Assembly (NCBI GenBank): GCA_963678065.2
Contig: CAXXVZ010000004.1
Location: 608,001 to 672,000, forward strand
Source: Treponemataceae bacterium
GTDB lineage: Bacteria; Spirochaetota; Spirochaetia; Treponematales; Rectinemataceae
Direction of reading: 5' to 3'
Length of the DNA: 64,000 bases
Shown here: positions 9,315 to 18,785 of the stretch, one piece after another
Layout of the letters: every line of letters begins with the position of its first letter
Numbering within the stretch: position 1 is the stretch's first letter
The notes under the pieces: model-generated
Told to the model about the DNA's origin: nothing
The model's database searches: none
The model's input: the letters and a program-made list of their open reading frames with translations, nothing else
Translations under genes and position numbers: made by a program

Positions 9315-10430
9315 ATGCGGAGAACGACATTTATTGTCCTGATTGCCGCGATCGCCGTCATTGCGGCGGGGGCCCAGCAGTACGCGGGGCTCTCCGCCAT
9401 TGCGGCCATACCCGGCATCCAGCCCGGCTCAAGGCTGATGCTCATGGTGCGCGGCGACGCCGCGGAGGGCAAGGTCTGGGGCAGCGACATCTATTCGGCG
9501 GATTCAAGCATCGCGGCGGCGGCCGTACACGCCGGAATCCTCCAGCACGGCCAGACGGGAACAGTCACGGTCGAAGTCATTCCCGGTTCGCCGGGCTACT
9601 CCGGGAGCTCGAGGAACGGCGTCACGAGTCTGTCAGCTGGGAGCTACCGGCTGAGTTTCCGTTTCGTCGGTCAGACGACTTCCGGAGGGTTCCAGCCGCC
9701 AGGCGTTCAGCAGCCTGTCCAGCCGGCGCAGCCCCAGCCTCCCATCATCCAGGCGCCGGTCCAACCGGTTCAGCCTCAGCCTCCCGCATTCTCCTCGACA
9801 CGGATATTCGCCTTCACCGATCCGGGTACGCTCAACAGGCTCCCGGATAAAACCCCGGGGACCAGTGTGTTCTTCCTCGTTACCGGCTCTACGAGCGGCA
9901 GCATCTGGGGCACGGGAATCTATACGATCGATTCGAACCTTTCCGCCGCCGCCGTACACGCGGAAATCCTCTCCCCGGGCCAGAAGGGACTGGTCAAAGT
10001 GAACATTCTCCCGGGACAGAGTTCGTATACAGGCAGCAGCCGGAACGGAGTATCGACCGCCAACTATCCGGCTTACCCGGCAAGTTACTCGGTGGAAGCG
10101 GCCCGCGATACGGGACCCGTCACGGAAATGTCGCTGGACCCCGGCTCGATGGCGGTTTACCCGGGCGCCGCGGCCGGGCAGACTCTGGTTCTGTGGATCA
10201 AGGGCAGAAAGTCCGGGGGTTCGATCTGGGGCAGCGATGTCTACACATCGGACTCGGCCCTCGGTCTCGCGGCGGTCCACGCGGGGGTTCTCGCCGACGG
10301 CGAAAGCGCGCCCGTCATCGTGAAAGTGCTGCCGGGGCAGACCAGCTACACGGGCTCGTCGCGCAACGGAGTCTCGACCGCGGGTTACGGAGCCTGGGGC
10401 CTCAGCTACTCGCTGGAGCGGCCACACTGA
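9315..10430 (+). CDS. Secreted protein with three LCCL domains
   Basis: Signal peptide; three repeats of (V/I)WG..(I/V)Y..DS....AAVHA...G...Y.GSSRNGV; Pro/Gln-rich linker; SD AAGGAGG. Confidence 0.85.
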   Translation: MRRTTFIVLIAAIAVIAAGAQQYAGLSAIAAIPGIQPGSRLMLMVRGDAAEGKVWGSDIYSADSSIAAAAVHAGILQHGQTGTVTVEVIPGSPGYSGSSRNGVTSLSAGSYRLSFRFVGQTTSGGFQPPGVQQPVQPAQPQPPIIQAPVQPVQPQPPAFSSTRIFAFTDPGTLNRLPDKTPGTSVFFLVTGSTSGSIWGTGIYTIDSNLSAAAVHAEILSPGQKGLVKVNILPGQSSYTGSSRNGVSTANYPAYPASYSVEAARDTGPVTEMSLDPGSMAVYPGAAAGQTLVLWIKGRKSGGSIWGSDVYTSDSALGLAAVHAGVLADGESAPVIVKVLPGQTSYTGSSRNGVSTAGYGAWGLSYSLERPH

Positions 10431-10434
10431 GAAT

Positions 10435-10481
10435 CGGCCGGAGAGAGCGGCCCCCTTCGGAGACCCTTCTCTCTCCGGCCG
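10435..10481. terminator. 13-bp stem-loop between convergent genes
   Basis: CGGCCGGAGAGAG ... CTCTCTCCGGCCG; no clear T-tract. Confidence 0.45.
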
Positions 10482-10499
10482 GTCCGCACCCGGCCGGCT

Positions 10500-11900
10500 T
10501 CAGACCTTCAGATATTTCCACCTGCCCGCGCGCACACGGAATCCATACATCGACGAGCGCACGACAAAATCCATCGTCACTCCCACCATCACGCCATAAA
10601 TGTCGAAACCGAAAGAATGTGTCAGAACCCAGGCGAAGCCGATGCGGAAGACCCACAGGCCGACGAGGGCCGAGACCGTGACGTAGGCGATGTCGCCCGC
10701 AGCCCTGAGGACTCCCGCGCTCACGTTCATGATGCCGAGAAAGGGACTGATGAGGGCGAATATGCGGATGATCGAGGCGCTCGTTTCCACGACGGCGGGA
10801 TCGGCGGAATAGATGGCTACGAGCGAATGGGAAAAAATGAAAATCCAGAAGCCCAGGAAAGAGATGAGGGCGACGGCGAGGAGATTGGCCTCGAAGGCGT
10901 AGATCCCCGCCTGCCTGTGATCGCCCTTTCCGAGAGTCTGTCCGACGATAGTGGTCGAGGCGATGGCGAGGCCGAAGATGGGCATGAAAGCCAGGGAATT
11001 GACATTGACGCCGACCTGGAATGATGCCGACTGGATGATGCCGAGGGAAATGAGGATCACCTGCATCGCGAGAAATCCGCCCTGCATCACGAGCTGTTCG
11101 ATGAAGGCGGGCAGCCCGACCCGGAAGATGCGCGCGATCATGTCGGGGTCCAGGGAGAAACGGTCGCCAAAGCTCAGGCGGCAGCTGCCTTTTTTCAGAA
11201 AGACGAGAAGAATCCTGAGCGTACCCGCGAAAATCCTCGTCGCCATGACGGATATTCCCGCGCCGACGATGCCGAAAGCCGGTACAACGACGGAGCCGCC
11301 GGTCCGGATCCCGAAAATGAGGATGGAGCTCAGGGCGATGTTGACGATGTTGGCCGCCAGGGTGACGAGCATCGGCGTCCTCGTGTCGCCCGTTCCGCGC
11401 ACCGCCCCCGCCACGACGAGGTCGATGACGAAGAAGGGTGTCCCTATCATCACGAGGCGGTAATACCTGAGACCTATAGCGAGGACTTCGGGATTCGCCG
11501 TACCGAAAAAGAGCCCAAGCACCTGACGCGCGAAGACGAGCGCGGGAATGGCGACACAGATGCCCGCCGCGATCCCCACCAGGAGGGATTGGGCGAGGGC
11601 GTTCTTCGCCCCCGCGATATCGCCCGCGCCGGTCTGCCTCGCGATGACGACGGTCGCCCCCGTCGCGAGCCCCGCGAAGACTGTCTGGATGAAGACGATG
11701 ATCATGTTCACGAGGCCGACAGCGGCCAGTTCGGGGGTGCCGATCCTGCCGACGAAAACGGTCGAGACGACGCCCACCATCATGATGAGGAGTTGTTCGA
11801 CGATGGCCGGCCAGGCCAGGGTGAGAATGCTGCGGTAGACTTCACGCCGGGAATATCCGGGACGGGATACACGGAGCAGGAGTTTGTGACCTGTAGACAT
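10500..11900 (-). CDS. MATE family efflux transporter
   Basis: LAWPAIVEQ, RGTGDTRTPM, N..LS.ILIFG and about 12 hydrophobic segments. Confidence 0.9.
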   Translation of the reverse strand: MSTGHKLLLRVSRPGYSRREVYRSILTLAWPAIVEQLLIMMVGVVSTVFVGRIGTPELAAVGLVNMIIVFIQTVFAGLATGATVVIARQTGAGDIAGAKNALAQSLLVGIAAGICVAIPALVFARQVLGLFFGTANPEVLAIGLRYYRLVMIGTPFFVIDLVVAGAVRGTGDTRTPMLVTLAANIVNIALSSILIFGIRTGGSVVVPAFGIVGAGISVMATRIFAGTLRILLVFLKKGSCRLSFGDRFSLDPDMIARIFRVGLPAFIEQLVMQGGFLAMQVILISLGIIQSASFQVGVNVNSLAFMPIFGLAIASTTIVGQTLGKGDHRQAGIYAFEANLLAVALISFLGFWIFIFSHSLVAIYSADPAVVETSASIIRIFALISPFLGIMNVSAGVLRAAGDIAYVTVSALVGLWVFRIGFAWVLTHSFGFDIYGVMVGVTMDFVVRSSMYGFRVRAGRWKYLKV

Positions 11901-12041
11901 AGACCAACTGACTATAGCATCGATTCGAAGCTTGCGCAGCGGCATGCCGGGAAAACTCTTAAAAATTCATTTTTGCTTGCGCGCGCGGGATCAATCCTGT
12001 ATTTTCCCAATATATCCTGTACATCCCGCAAAGGAGCCCGT

Positions 12042-12602
12042 ATGCCGACACTCCGCGCGCTTCTCGATGGCCGTCTCGAAATTGTCAGCGGCGATATCAC
12101 TGGATTGGTGGTCGACGCGATCGTCAACGCGGCCAATTCGAGCCTCCTGGGCGGAGGCGGCGTGGATGGCGCCATCCACCGCGCCGGTGGGCCCGCGATC
12201 CTCGCGGAGTGCCAAGCTCTGAGACGCGGCGCATGGAAGGAAGGACTTCCGCCCGGCAAGGCGGCATCGACGACGGCGGGCAGGCTGAGTGCCAAGCGAG
12301 TCATCCACACCGTCGGTCCGATCTGGCAGGGAGGAGGACGGGGCGAGAGTTCACTCCTCGAATCCTGCTATCGGGAGTGCCTGGCCATCGCGGAGAGAGA
12401 AGAACTGTCTTCTGTCGCCTTCCCCGCGATATCGACCGGCGTGTACGGATATCCCAAGGCCGAGGCCGCCCGCGTCGCATTCGGCGCCGTGCGGGATTTC
12501 GTACAAGACCACAGGACTCCTGCGCGGATCGTCTTCGTCTTCTTCAAGGCTGAAGACGCGGAAGTCTTTCTGTCGGCGCTTGACGGGGAAACGCGGGCAT
12601 AG
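12042..12602 (+). CDS. Macrodomain O-acetyl-ADP-ribose deacetylase (YmdB-like)
   Basis: GDIT, DAIVNAANSSLLGGGGVDGAIHRAGG, IHTVGP, FPAISTGVYGYP; SD AGGAG. Confidence 0.93.
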   Translation: MPTLRALLDGRLEIVSGDITGLVVDAIVNAANSSLLGGGGVDGAIHRAGGPAILAECQALRRGAWKEGLPPGKAASTTAGRLSAKRVIHTVGPIWQGGGRGESSLLESCYRECLAIAEREELSSVAFPAISTGVYGYPKAEAARVAFGAVRDFVQDHRTPARIVFVFFKAEDAEVFLSALDGETRA

Positions 12603-12682
12603 CGGCCAGAGTCGCAGAAGAACGGCGGACGGGAAACCACCAGCCTCTCGTCACGCCTCAGGGTTTGAAACCTACTTCCGAA

Positions 12683-13039
12683 TCAGCTTTTCTTCGCTTC
12701 CTTCCCCGGCAGGGTCGCGGCATGCCGGAGCGAGCGGACAAACAACTCTTCGATCAGGCTGCGGCTCTCCGAAGGTCCGCTTACGGCGACGTACTCCCTC
12801 ATTGTCCGGCCCTTCACGGGTTCGAACGGGCCAATCACTCCGCCCCGTCCGAGGAATTCTTCTCGGTCTGGCTCCGGCAAACGGAAAAAGAGCGATTCTC
12901 CGAACACTCCGCAGAACATGTTGCCGCGCATGAAGGCGACAGGATAGCCGAACATTGTTTTCCGTTCGCAGTCGGTGCCCCCGACGAGGGTCGAGAAAAG
13001 TTCCTTGATCGCAAGGCTCGATTTGACGAATTTGTCCAT
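12683..13039 (-). CDS. TfoX N-terminal-domain family protein
   Basis: RKTMFGYP.AF..GNMF.G, FEPVKGRTMREY motifs. Confidence 0.75.
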   Translation of the reverse strand: MDKFVKSSLAIKELFSTLVGGTDCERKTMFGYPVAFMRGNMFCGVFGESLFFRLPEPDREEFLGRGGVIGPFEPVKGRTMREYVAVSGPSESRSLIEELFVRSLRHAATLPGKEAKKS

Positions 13040-13138
13040 GCTCTCCCCTATTCCCGTTTCCGTGTTCTGTCTTTTACAATTTGCCTAAAAGATTCAGCCA
13101 TGAAGAATGCGTCGATACCGGATCGGACTCGGAAACGA

Positions 13139-13346
13139 TTAATGTCCCGGGTTCTTGATCTTGACCCCGATCCGTCCCCGCGCGGCGTATTTCTCAAGAT
13201 ACTCCGAGGCCGATTGGCTGTTGCAGTTGTTCTTCGCGATCACGGGATCCACCCTGCCGATTGCGCGCGCCGTGACTCAGGTAGATCTTCTTCGTCCGCA
13301 CGTCGCCTTGCGCCTCGAGCCACGCGAGAACATTGTCTTTAGTCAT
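13139..13346 (-). pseudogene. Internally deleted, frameshifted DNA-alkylation-repair (AlkD-like) gene remnant
   Basis: N-terminus MTKDNVLAWLEAQGDVRTKKIYLSHGA is joined out of frame to a C-terminus ARAIGRVDPVIAKNNCNSQSASEYLEKYAARGRIGVKIKNPGH*; both halves resemble the ends of this family (recognised from memory). Confidence 0.6.
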
Positions 13347-13572
13347 TGTGTCTTTATACCCCCACATACCGGCTTTTCACCATGCCGCCCCGGATACTTC
13401 CGCTCCCTCATGGTGGCGCCTCCGGCTTCATGCGCGGCTCAGGCGCATCGGTTTCGATGCAGGTTTTTCTGTCTGGTTTTGTCTGTCACGATTTTTCCCC
13501 ATCGGCAGAGACGGGGCGATGGCGCCTGTGTATGCGGTCGCCGTCGCCGCTCTCCGCCGACGCGCAGTCAGC

Positions 13573-14007
13573 TCACTTTTTCTCAGGCAGCGTGTAGCTC
13601 ACCATCCACTGGACGCCGAATTTGTCGGTGAACGAACCGTAGTAGGCACCCCAGAAGGTGTTCTCGAGCGGCATCTCGACCTTTCCGCCCGCACTGAGGG
13701 CGCCGAAAATCCTGTCGGCCTCCGCTTTACTTTCGGTTTCGAGGTAAACATAGAAATTATTCCCGAATATCAGCTTCTGTCCGAAAGACTCGGGGACGTC
13801 CGAAGCCATGAGCGTAAATCCATTCGGAATCGGCAAGGCGATGTGCATGATTTTGTCGCGATCGGCCTCGGGCATCTTGGCTCCGTCGGGGGTGTCCTTG
13901 AACCGCATCACGAAAGAAAAATCGCCGCCGAACACTGACTTGTAGAATACGAAGGCCTCTTCGGCATTCCCGTTGAAATTAAGATAAACACTCGCGTATT
14001 TCATCAT
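13573..14007 (-). CDS. VOC family protein (PhnB-like)
   Basis: YLNFNGNAEEAFVFYKSVFGG, IMHIAL, TFWGAYYGSFTDKFGVQWMV. Confidence 0.9.
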   Translation of the reverse strand: MMKYASVYLNFNGNAEEAFVFYKSVFGGDFSFVMRFKDTPDGAKMPEADRDKIMHIALPIPNGFTLMASDVPESFGQKLIFGNNFYVYLETESKAEADRIFGALSAGGKVEMPLENTFWGAYYGSFTDKFGVQWMVSYTLPEKK

Positions 14008-14177
14008 CTATCCTCCCGTCGTCTGATCATATCAGTATCCCCTTTCAGGGAAATGACATGCCGCCACAAGGCAGATGATAAATGTACCGCCGGGCTTCGC
14101 CCGGCGGCAAATTCGGAACGAGAAAAACGACCGTTTATTTCCGGACCGTGCAGGTCGCGGCCATGCAGATTCCGCGC

Positions 14178-15644
14178 TCAGACAGGCGTAAAGCGCGCAA
14201 GAAGGTCGGGAACGGCCACACCACCATCCTTCGGCTCGAACTCGCCCGAATCCTTGTGGAAGTCGTAGCCCGAACCCCAGTCGCGGTAGTTGCGGATGAC
14301 CTCGACGGTGGAGCGGGCGAGGTAGCGGGCTTCACCATCCGTCATCGTGGGGTGGAGGGAGATGCGGACCCATCCAGGCTTCTGCGTGAGGTCTCCCCCG
14401 TCGATCATATCGGTGATGTGGCGCGAGTTCGTCTTCTTGATGTTGAAGAGGATATGGCCGTAGGTTCCCGCGCAGCTGCAACCGCCCCGCGTCTGGACGC
14501 CGAATCGGTCGTTGAGGAGGCGCACGATCAGGTTGTGGTGCTCGCCGGGCACATAGAGCGAGAGGATGCCGAGGCGGTCCATGTTCTCCGCCTCGAGGAG
14601 CATGACGGCGGGCTCCTTGCCGAACTCCTCCATGACAATGGCTTTGAGCTCCTCCTCGCGCTCGCGTATGCGGTCGACGCCCATCGAGGCCTTGAGCTCC
14701 ATCGCGAGGGCCGCGCGTATGGCCTGCAGGAATCCGGGAGTGCCTCCGTCTTCGCGCGCCTCGATCTCGTCGACGTAGCGGTGCGTCCCGAAAGGGGTCG
14801 TCCACTTCACCGTGCCGCCGCCCGGCTGGTCGGGCACGGCGCGCTTGTAGAGAGTATTGGCGAGAACGAGGACTCCGGAGGCGCCGGGGCCGCCCAAAAA
14901 CTTGTGCGGAGAGAAGGTGATCGCGTCGAGGTGTTCGTCCGGATCGGCTGGATGCATATCGATCTCGACATAGGGCGCCGAGGCGGCAAAGTCCACAAAG
15001 CAGAGGCCCCCGTGGCGGTGCATGAGGGCGGCCATCTTCCGGTAGGGGGTGAGGATTCCGGTCACGTTCGAGCAGGCGGTGAAGGCACCGATAAGGAGCG
15101 GCCGCGCGGCGTTCTCTTTGAGCAGGCGCTCGAGCCATCCGAGGTCGGGGAGCCCCGTGTTCTCGTCGCGGGGGACGATCCGGACGTCGACATCGCACTC
15201 CTCCCAGGTGATCTGGTTGGAGTGGTGCTCCATGTGCGTGACGAGAACGAGGGGCCTCGTCCCTTCCTTGCAGGAGCGGGTGCAGCCCTCAGGGAGCCTC
15301 AAGCCCAGCATGCGCTGGAGCTTGTTGATGGCGGCCGTCATGCCGAAGCCGGAGAAGAAGAGGGAGTCGGCGGGACCGGCGCCCACGCTCCGCTTGATGA
15401 TGTCCCTGGCCCTGTGGTATGCGCGCGTCATCGCGACGCCCGTGTATGTGGTCTCGGTGTGAGTGTTCGCGACGAGCGGGCCTATCTCGCGGAGCATGAA
15501 CTCCTCGATCGGGCCGTACAGGCGGCCTGAGGCCGTCCAGTCCGCGTACACGATCGGGGCTTCGCTCCCGTCCGCGAGACGCATGGTCGCGTCGATCCCG
15601 ACAATCTTCTCGCGGTAGGGCGCAAAGTATGATTCGAGGCTCAT
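14178..15644 (-). CDS. Class V PLP-dependent enzyme (cysteine desulfurase-like)
   Basis: YADWTASG, EHHSN, SPHKFLGGPG (PLP lysine), RGGCSCAG. Confidence 0.88.
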   Translation of the reverse strand: MSLESYFAPYREKIVGIDATMRLADGSEAPIVYADWTASGRLYGPIEEFMLREIGPLVANTHTETTYTGVAMTRAYHRARDIIKRSVGAGPADSLFFSGFGMTAAINKLQRMLGLRLPEGCTRSCKEGTRPLVLVTHMEHHSNQITWEECDVDVRIVPRDENTGLPDLGWLERLLKENAARPLLIGAFTACSNVTGILTPYRKMAALMHRHGGLCFVDFAASAPYVEIDMHPADPDEHLDAITFSPHKFLGGPGASGVLVLANTLYKRAVPDQPGGGTVKWTTPFGTHRYVDEIEAREDGGTPGFLQAIRAALAMELKASMGVDRIREREEELKAIVMEEFGKEPAVMLLEAENMDRLGILSLYVPGEHHNLIVRLLNDRFGVQTRGGCSCAGTYGHILFNIKKTNSRHITDMIDGGDLTQKPGWVRISLHPTMTDGEARYLARSTVEVIRNYRDWGSGYDFHKDSGEFEPKDGGVAVPDLLARFTPV

Positions 15645-15748
15645 TGTTTCCTCCGTGCTTCCATTTTATCGTGCATCTTTGTCAGCGCATCAAAAGGCAT
15701 GACAGGTCCGGGGCCGCGGGAAAAGCGACTGGATGTCGCGATCGACGC

Positions 15749-17254
15749 TTAATCGGCGTCCGTAAACGCCACTGCTCTTGTCTTTTTTACCACGGGCAGC
15801 GCGATGATGACAATCAGAAAGACCGTCGCGAGCAAGAGGCCGGCGGAGATCGGGCGTGTCACGAAGACCGAAAATTTTCCCCTGGACAGAAGCAGCGCCC
15901 GGCCAAAATTCTCTTCCATCATCGGACCCAGTATGAATCCGAGCAGAAGCGGTGCCACCTCGCAGTCGAGCCATCGGAACAGCACTCCGAGGATCGTGAA
16001 AAAAATCGCCACATAAAGATTGAATACACTGTTGTTCAAGGAATAGATGCCGATGCAGCAGAACATGACGATCGCAGGGTAGAGCAGCCTGTAGGGGATC
16101 GTCAGCAGTTTGACCCAGATGCCGATCAGAGGCAGGTTCAGCACGACGAGCATGAGGTTCCCGATCCACATCGAGACGATCAGGCCCCAGAACAGAGCCG
16201 GGTTCGAACTCATCACGAGAGGACCGGGCTGGATGTTGTGGATGCTCATGGCGCCAACCATCAGCGCCATGACCGCGTTGGTCGGAATGCCCAGCGTCAG
16301 GAGAGGGATGAAGGAAGTCTGGGAGGCCGCGTTGTTGGCCGACTCGGGTCCCGCCACACCTTCGATCGCGCCCTGGCCGAATTCCTCCGGGTGTCTGGAC
16401 ACTTTCTTCTCGAGCGTGTAGGCCGCAAACGAGGCGAGCGTGGCACCTCCGCCGGGCAACACGCCCAACAGACTCCCGATCCCCGTACCGCGCAGGATCG
16501 GAGCGACCATTCTCTTGAAATCTTCCTTTGTCGGCCACATTCCATTGATCTTCCGCATGGCGGTTTCGCCCTGTTTGCGCGGGCCGAGGTTCGAGATCAC
16601 CTCCGCGAAACCGAACAGCCCCATGGCGACGCAGACAAAGTCGATACCGTCGTAGAGCGGGGCGCTCTTGAATGTGAAGCGGGCGATTCCCGAGTTGACG
16701 TCCGCCCCCACAAGGCCGAGCAGCAATCCGATGATTATCATGCAGATGGCCTTGATCAGGGAACCGGACGAAAGTACGACAGCCCCGACGAGGCCGAGAG
16801 TCATCAGGGAGAAGTATTCGGTCGGCCCGAAACGGAGCGCCAGCTGGGATAGGGGCACCGAGAAAGCGGCGAGAATGAGCGTGGCGACGCATCCTGCGAA
16901 AAATGAGCCCATCGCGGCGGTGAAGAGAGCCACCCCCGCGCGCCCCTTGCGGGCCATCTGGTAGCCATCGATCGCAGTCACGACGGAGGAAGACTCGCCG
17001 GGTATGTTGACGAGTATCGCCGTTGTCGAACCACCGTACGCGGCGCCGTAGTAGATGCCCGCGAGCATGATCAGCGCCGAGACGGGATTAAGCCCGTAGG
17101 TCGCAGGCAGCAGCATCGCGATCGTAGCCACCGGCCCCAGACCGGGCAGGACGCCTATCAGGGTACCGAGGAGGCAGCCTATCAGCGAATAGAGCAGGTT
17201 GATCGGCGAAAGCGCCGTGGAAAATCCCAATGCCAGATTGGTTAGCATGTTCAT
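15749..17254 (-). CDS. tctA: Tripartite tricarboxylate transporter large permease
   Basis: GVLPGLGP, YGGSTTAILVNIPGE, GPESANNA, PLLTLGIP. Confidence 0.93.
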   Translation of the reverse strand: MNMLTNLALGFSTALSPINLLYSLIGCLLGTLIGVLPGLGPVATIAMLLPATYGLNPVSALIMLAGIYYGAAYGGSTTAILVNIPGESSSVVTAIDGYQMARKGRAGVALFTAAMGSFFAGCVATLILAAFSVPLSQLALRFGPTEYFSLMTLGLVGAVVLSSGSLIKAICMIIIGLLLGLVGADVNSGIARFTFKSAPLYDGIDFVCVAMGLFGFAEVISNLGPRKQGETAMRKINGMWPTKEDFKRMVAPILRGTGIGSLLGVLPGGGATLASFAAYTLEKKVSRHPEEFGQGAIEGVAGPESANNAASQTSFIPLLTLGIPTNAVMALMVGAMSIHNIQPGPLVMSSNPALFWGLIVSMWIGNLMLVVLNLPLIGIWVKLLTIPYRLLYPAIVMFCCIGIYSLNNSVFNLYVAIFFTILGVLFRWLDCEVAPLLLGFILGPMMEENFGRALLLSRGKFSVFVTRPISAGLLLATVFLIVIIALPVVKKTRAVAFTDAD

Positions 17255-17264
17255 GTTCGTCCAC

Positions 17265-17735
17265 CTATCCCGCTATGCGAAGATCCGGCCAGACAAGGAA
17301 CGGCAGGCGCAATCCCTTGACGAAAACCAGGTATGCGAAAGCCATCAGGGCGACCGCAAGAATGAGCATTTCCTTGAAAGTCCTCTTCTCTTCGCTTGCC
17401 ACGGCGGATATGACCGTCATGAGGGCGATCGAAGCCATCAATCCAAGCCTCGGGAGAGCGAGCGCGAAGATGAGGATCGAGAGGCTGATCAAGGAGATGG
17501 GGCGCCATTGCCACTCCCCCATCGAAACAACGGCCGTCCGGGTGGATATTGACCTCACCGACACGACCAGTCCGAGTACGGCGAGCAAGGATCCCAATAC
17601 GAAGGGAAAGTATCCCGGTCCGATCTCCCTGGCTGTCCCGAGTTTGTAGCTCCATGACATCGACGCAAAACAGAGGCCAATGGCCATGAAGAGCAGGCCG
17701 GAAAAGAAATCGCGCTGATTACGTATCCTCATCAT
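17265..17735 (-). CDS. tctB: Tripartite tricarboxylate transporter small permease
   Basis: GPGYFP motif, four TM segments, upstream of tctA. Confidence 0.88.
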   Translation of the reverse strand: MMRIRNQRDFFSGLLFMAIGLCFASMSWSYKLGTAREIGPGYFPFVLGSLLAVLGLVVSVRSISTRTAVVSMGEWQWRPISLISLSILIFALALPRLGLMASIALMTVISAVASEEKRTFKEMLILAVALMAFAYLVFVKGLRLPFLVWPDLRIAG

Positions 17736-17786
17736 GACTCCGTCCCGCGGCTCTTCCGCGGATGTTGATGACGTTCCCCGCCCATA

Positions 17787-18785
17787 CTAAGGCCCGTATT
17801 CGGCGGCCTTGCGCAGGGCGTGCAGATTCTCGTGCGGTGTCCTGCCGATCTGAACCGAGCATCCCGGCCCGAGGACGAATCCTCTCCCGTGGGTCAGGTC
17901 GATGGACCGCCGCGCGGTTTCGATCACGTCCTGCGGAGAGCCATGGACGAGCGTCTTCGCGCTGACTCCGCCTCCCACTGCCCTTCCGCACAGTTCCTGG
18001 CCCTCTTTGTAGTCCGGATTGTTGCCCGCTTCGCAGTCCCAATGCATGAGCCGTACGGGATAGCCCGACAGGGCGCCCAACTGCACACGGTCCTCGCAGA
18101 GGTGGAGCATGTTGCACCACAGCGGCCTGGCCTCTTCCAGGACGCGCAGATCGAAGGGGCGGACCAGGCGGCAGTACTGTTCGGCAGTCAATTTCACATC
18201 GTTGGCCCACTTCGTCGCGAAGTAGATCCCGTCTATCCCCTCGGCCACCAGACGCCGGACGAACAGAGCGAAGGTTTCGGCTATCGCGTCCAGAGCGATT
18301 TCCAGACTCTCGGGATCCTGCTCGATATGACTCTTCAGCAAGGAGGCGTTCCGGTCGACCAATTTCTCCGCCACGTCCAGCGGCGAGAATACGGTCATGA
18401 TAACGGGCACATCGCGGGATACCCTCGCGCGAATCAGCCTCAGGGCATCCACCTGTTCCTGCAGGGCCTCCGACGTGGGAGGAAGGGGACGAATCGAGCG
18501 CCAATCGGCACTCGTGCCGATGGGATGGGACGTGCACACATGGAGCTTGTCGGGATCGTTGGAAGGTTCGTAGGTAAATCCCCACCCTTCCACATGGTAA
18601 CTCGCGCGGGAATGCACCTTCACGAAATCCCAGTCATACTCTTCGAAAAAACCGACCATTGCGTCGGCAAAGGTATCCGCCGAAGTTTCCGAGACGTAGA
18701 AATGTCCCCAGGCGCTGACGGGCACACGGTCGGGGATTTTGCCCGAGAGTGCCGCCTCGAGCCGTTGCATGCGGTTCATTCTCAT
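17787..18785 (-). CDS. Uroporphyrinogen decarboxylase (UroD/MtaA-like) family protein of unknown substrate
   Basis: RLEAALSGKIPDRVPVS N-terminus, HLC, GFVLGPGCS C-terminal pattern; lacks the HemE RQAGR motif; ATGA overlap with the dipeptidase gene. Confidence 0.75.
   Translation of the reverse strand: MRMNRMQRLEAALSGKIPDRVPVSAWGHFYVSETSADTFADAMVGFFEEYDWDFVKVHSRASYHVEGWGFTYEPSNDPDKLHVCTSHPIGTSADWRSIRPLPPTSEALQEQVDALRLIRARVSRDVPVIMTVFSPLDVAEKLVDRNASLLKSHIEQDPESLEIALDAIAETFALFVRRLVAEGIDGIYFATKWANDVKLTAEQYCRLVRPFDLRVLEEARPLWCNMLHLCEDRVQLGALSGYPVRLMHWDCEAGNNPDYKEGQELCGRAVGGGVSAKTLVHGSPQDVIETARRSIDLTHGRGFVLGPGCSVQIGRTPHENLHALRKAAEYGP

Noticed and set aside
12042..14007. Macrodomain, TfoX-N and VOC genes as an anti-phage or toxin-antitoxin system
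   Set aside because: Common standalone genes in mixed orientation with no toxin or ADP-ribosyltransferase partner.
17787..18785. hemE (true uroporphyrinogen decarboxylase)
   Set aside because: Lacks the RQAGR motif and sits in a transport/catabolic context with no haem genes.
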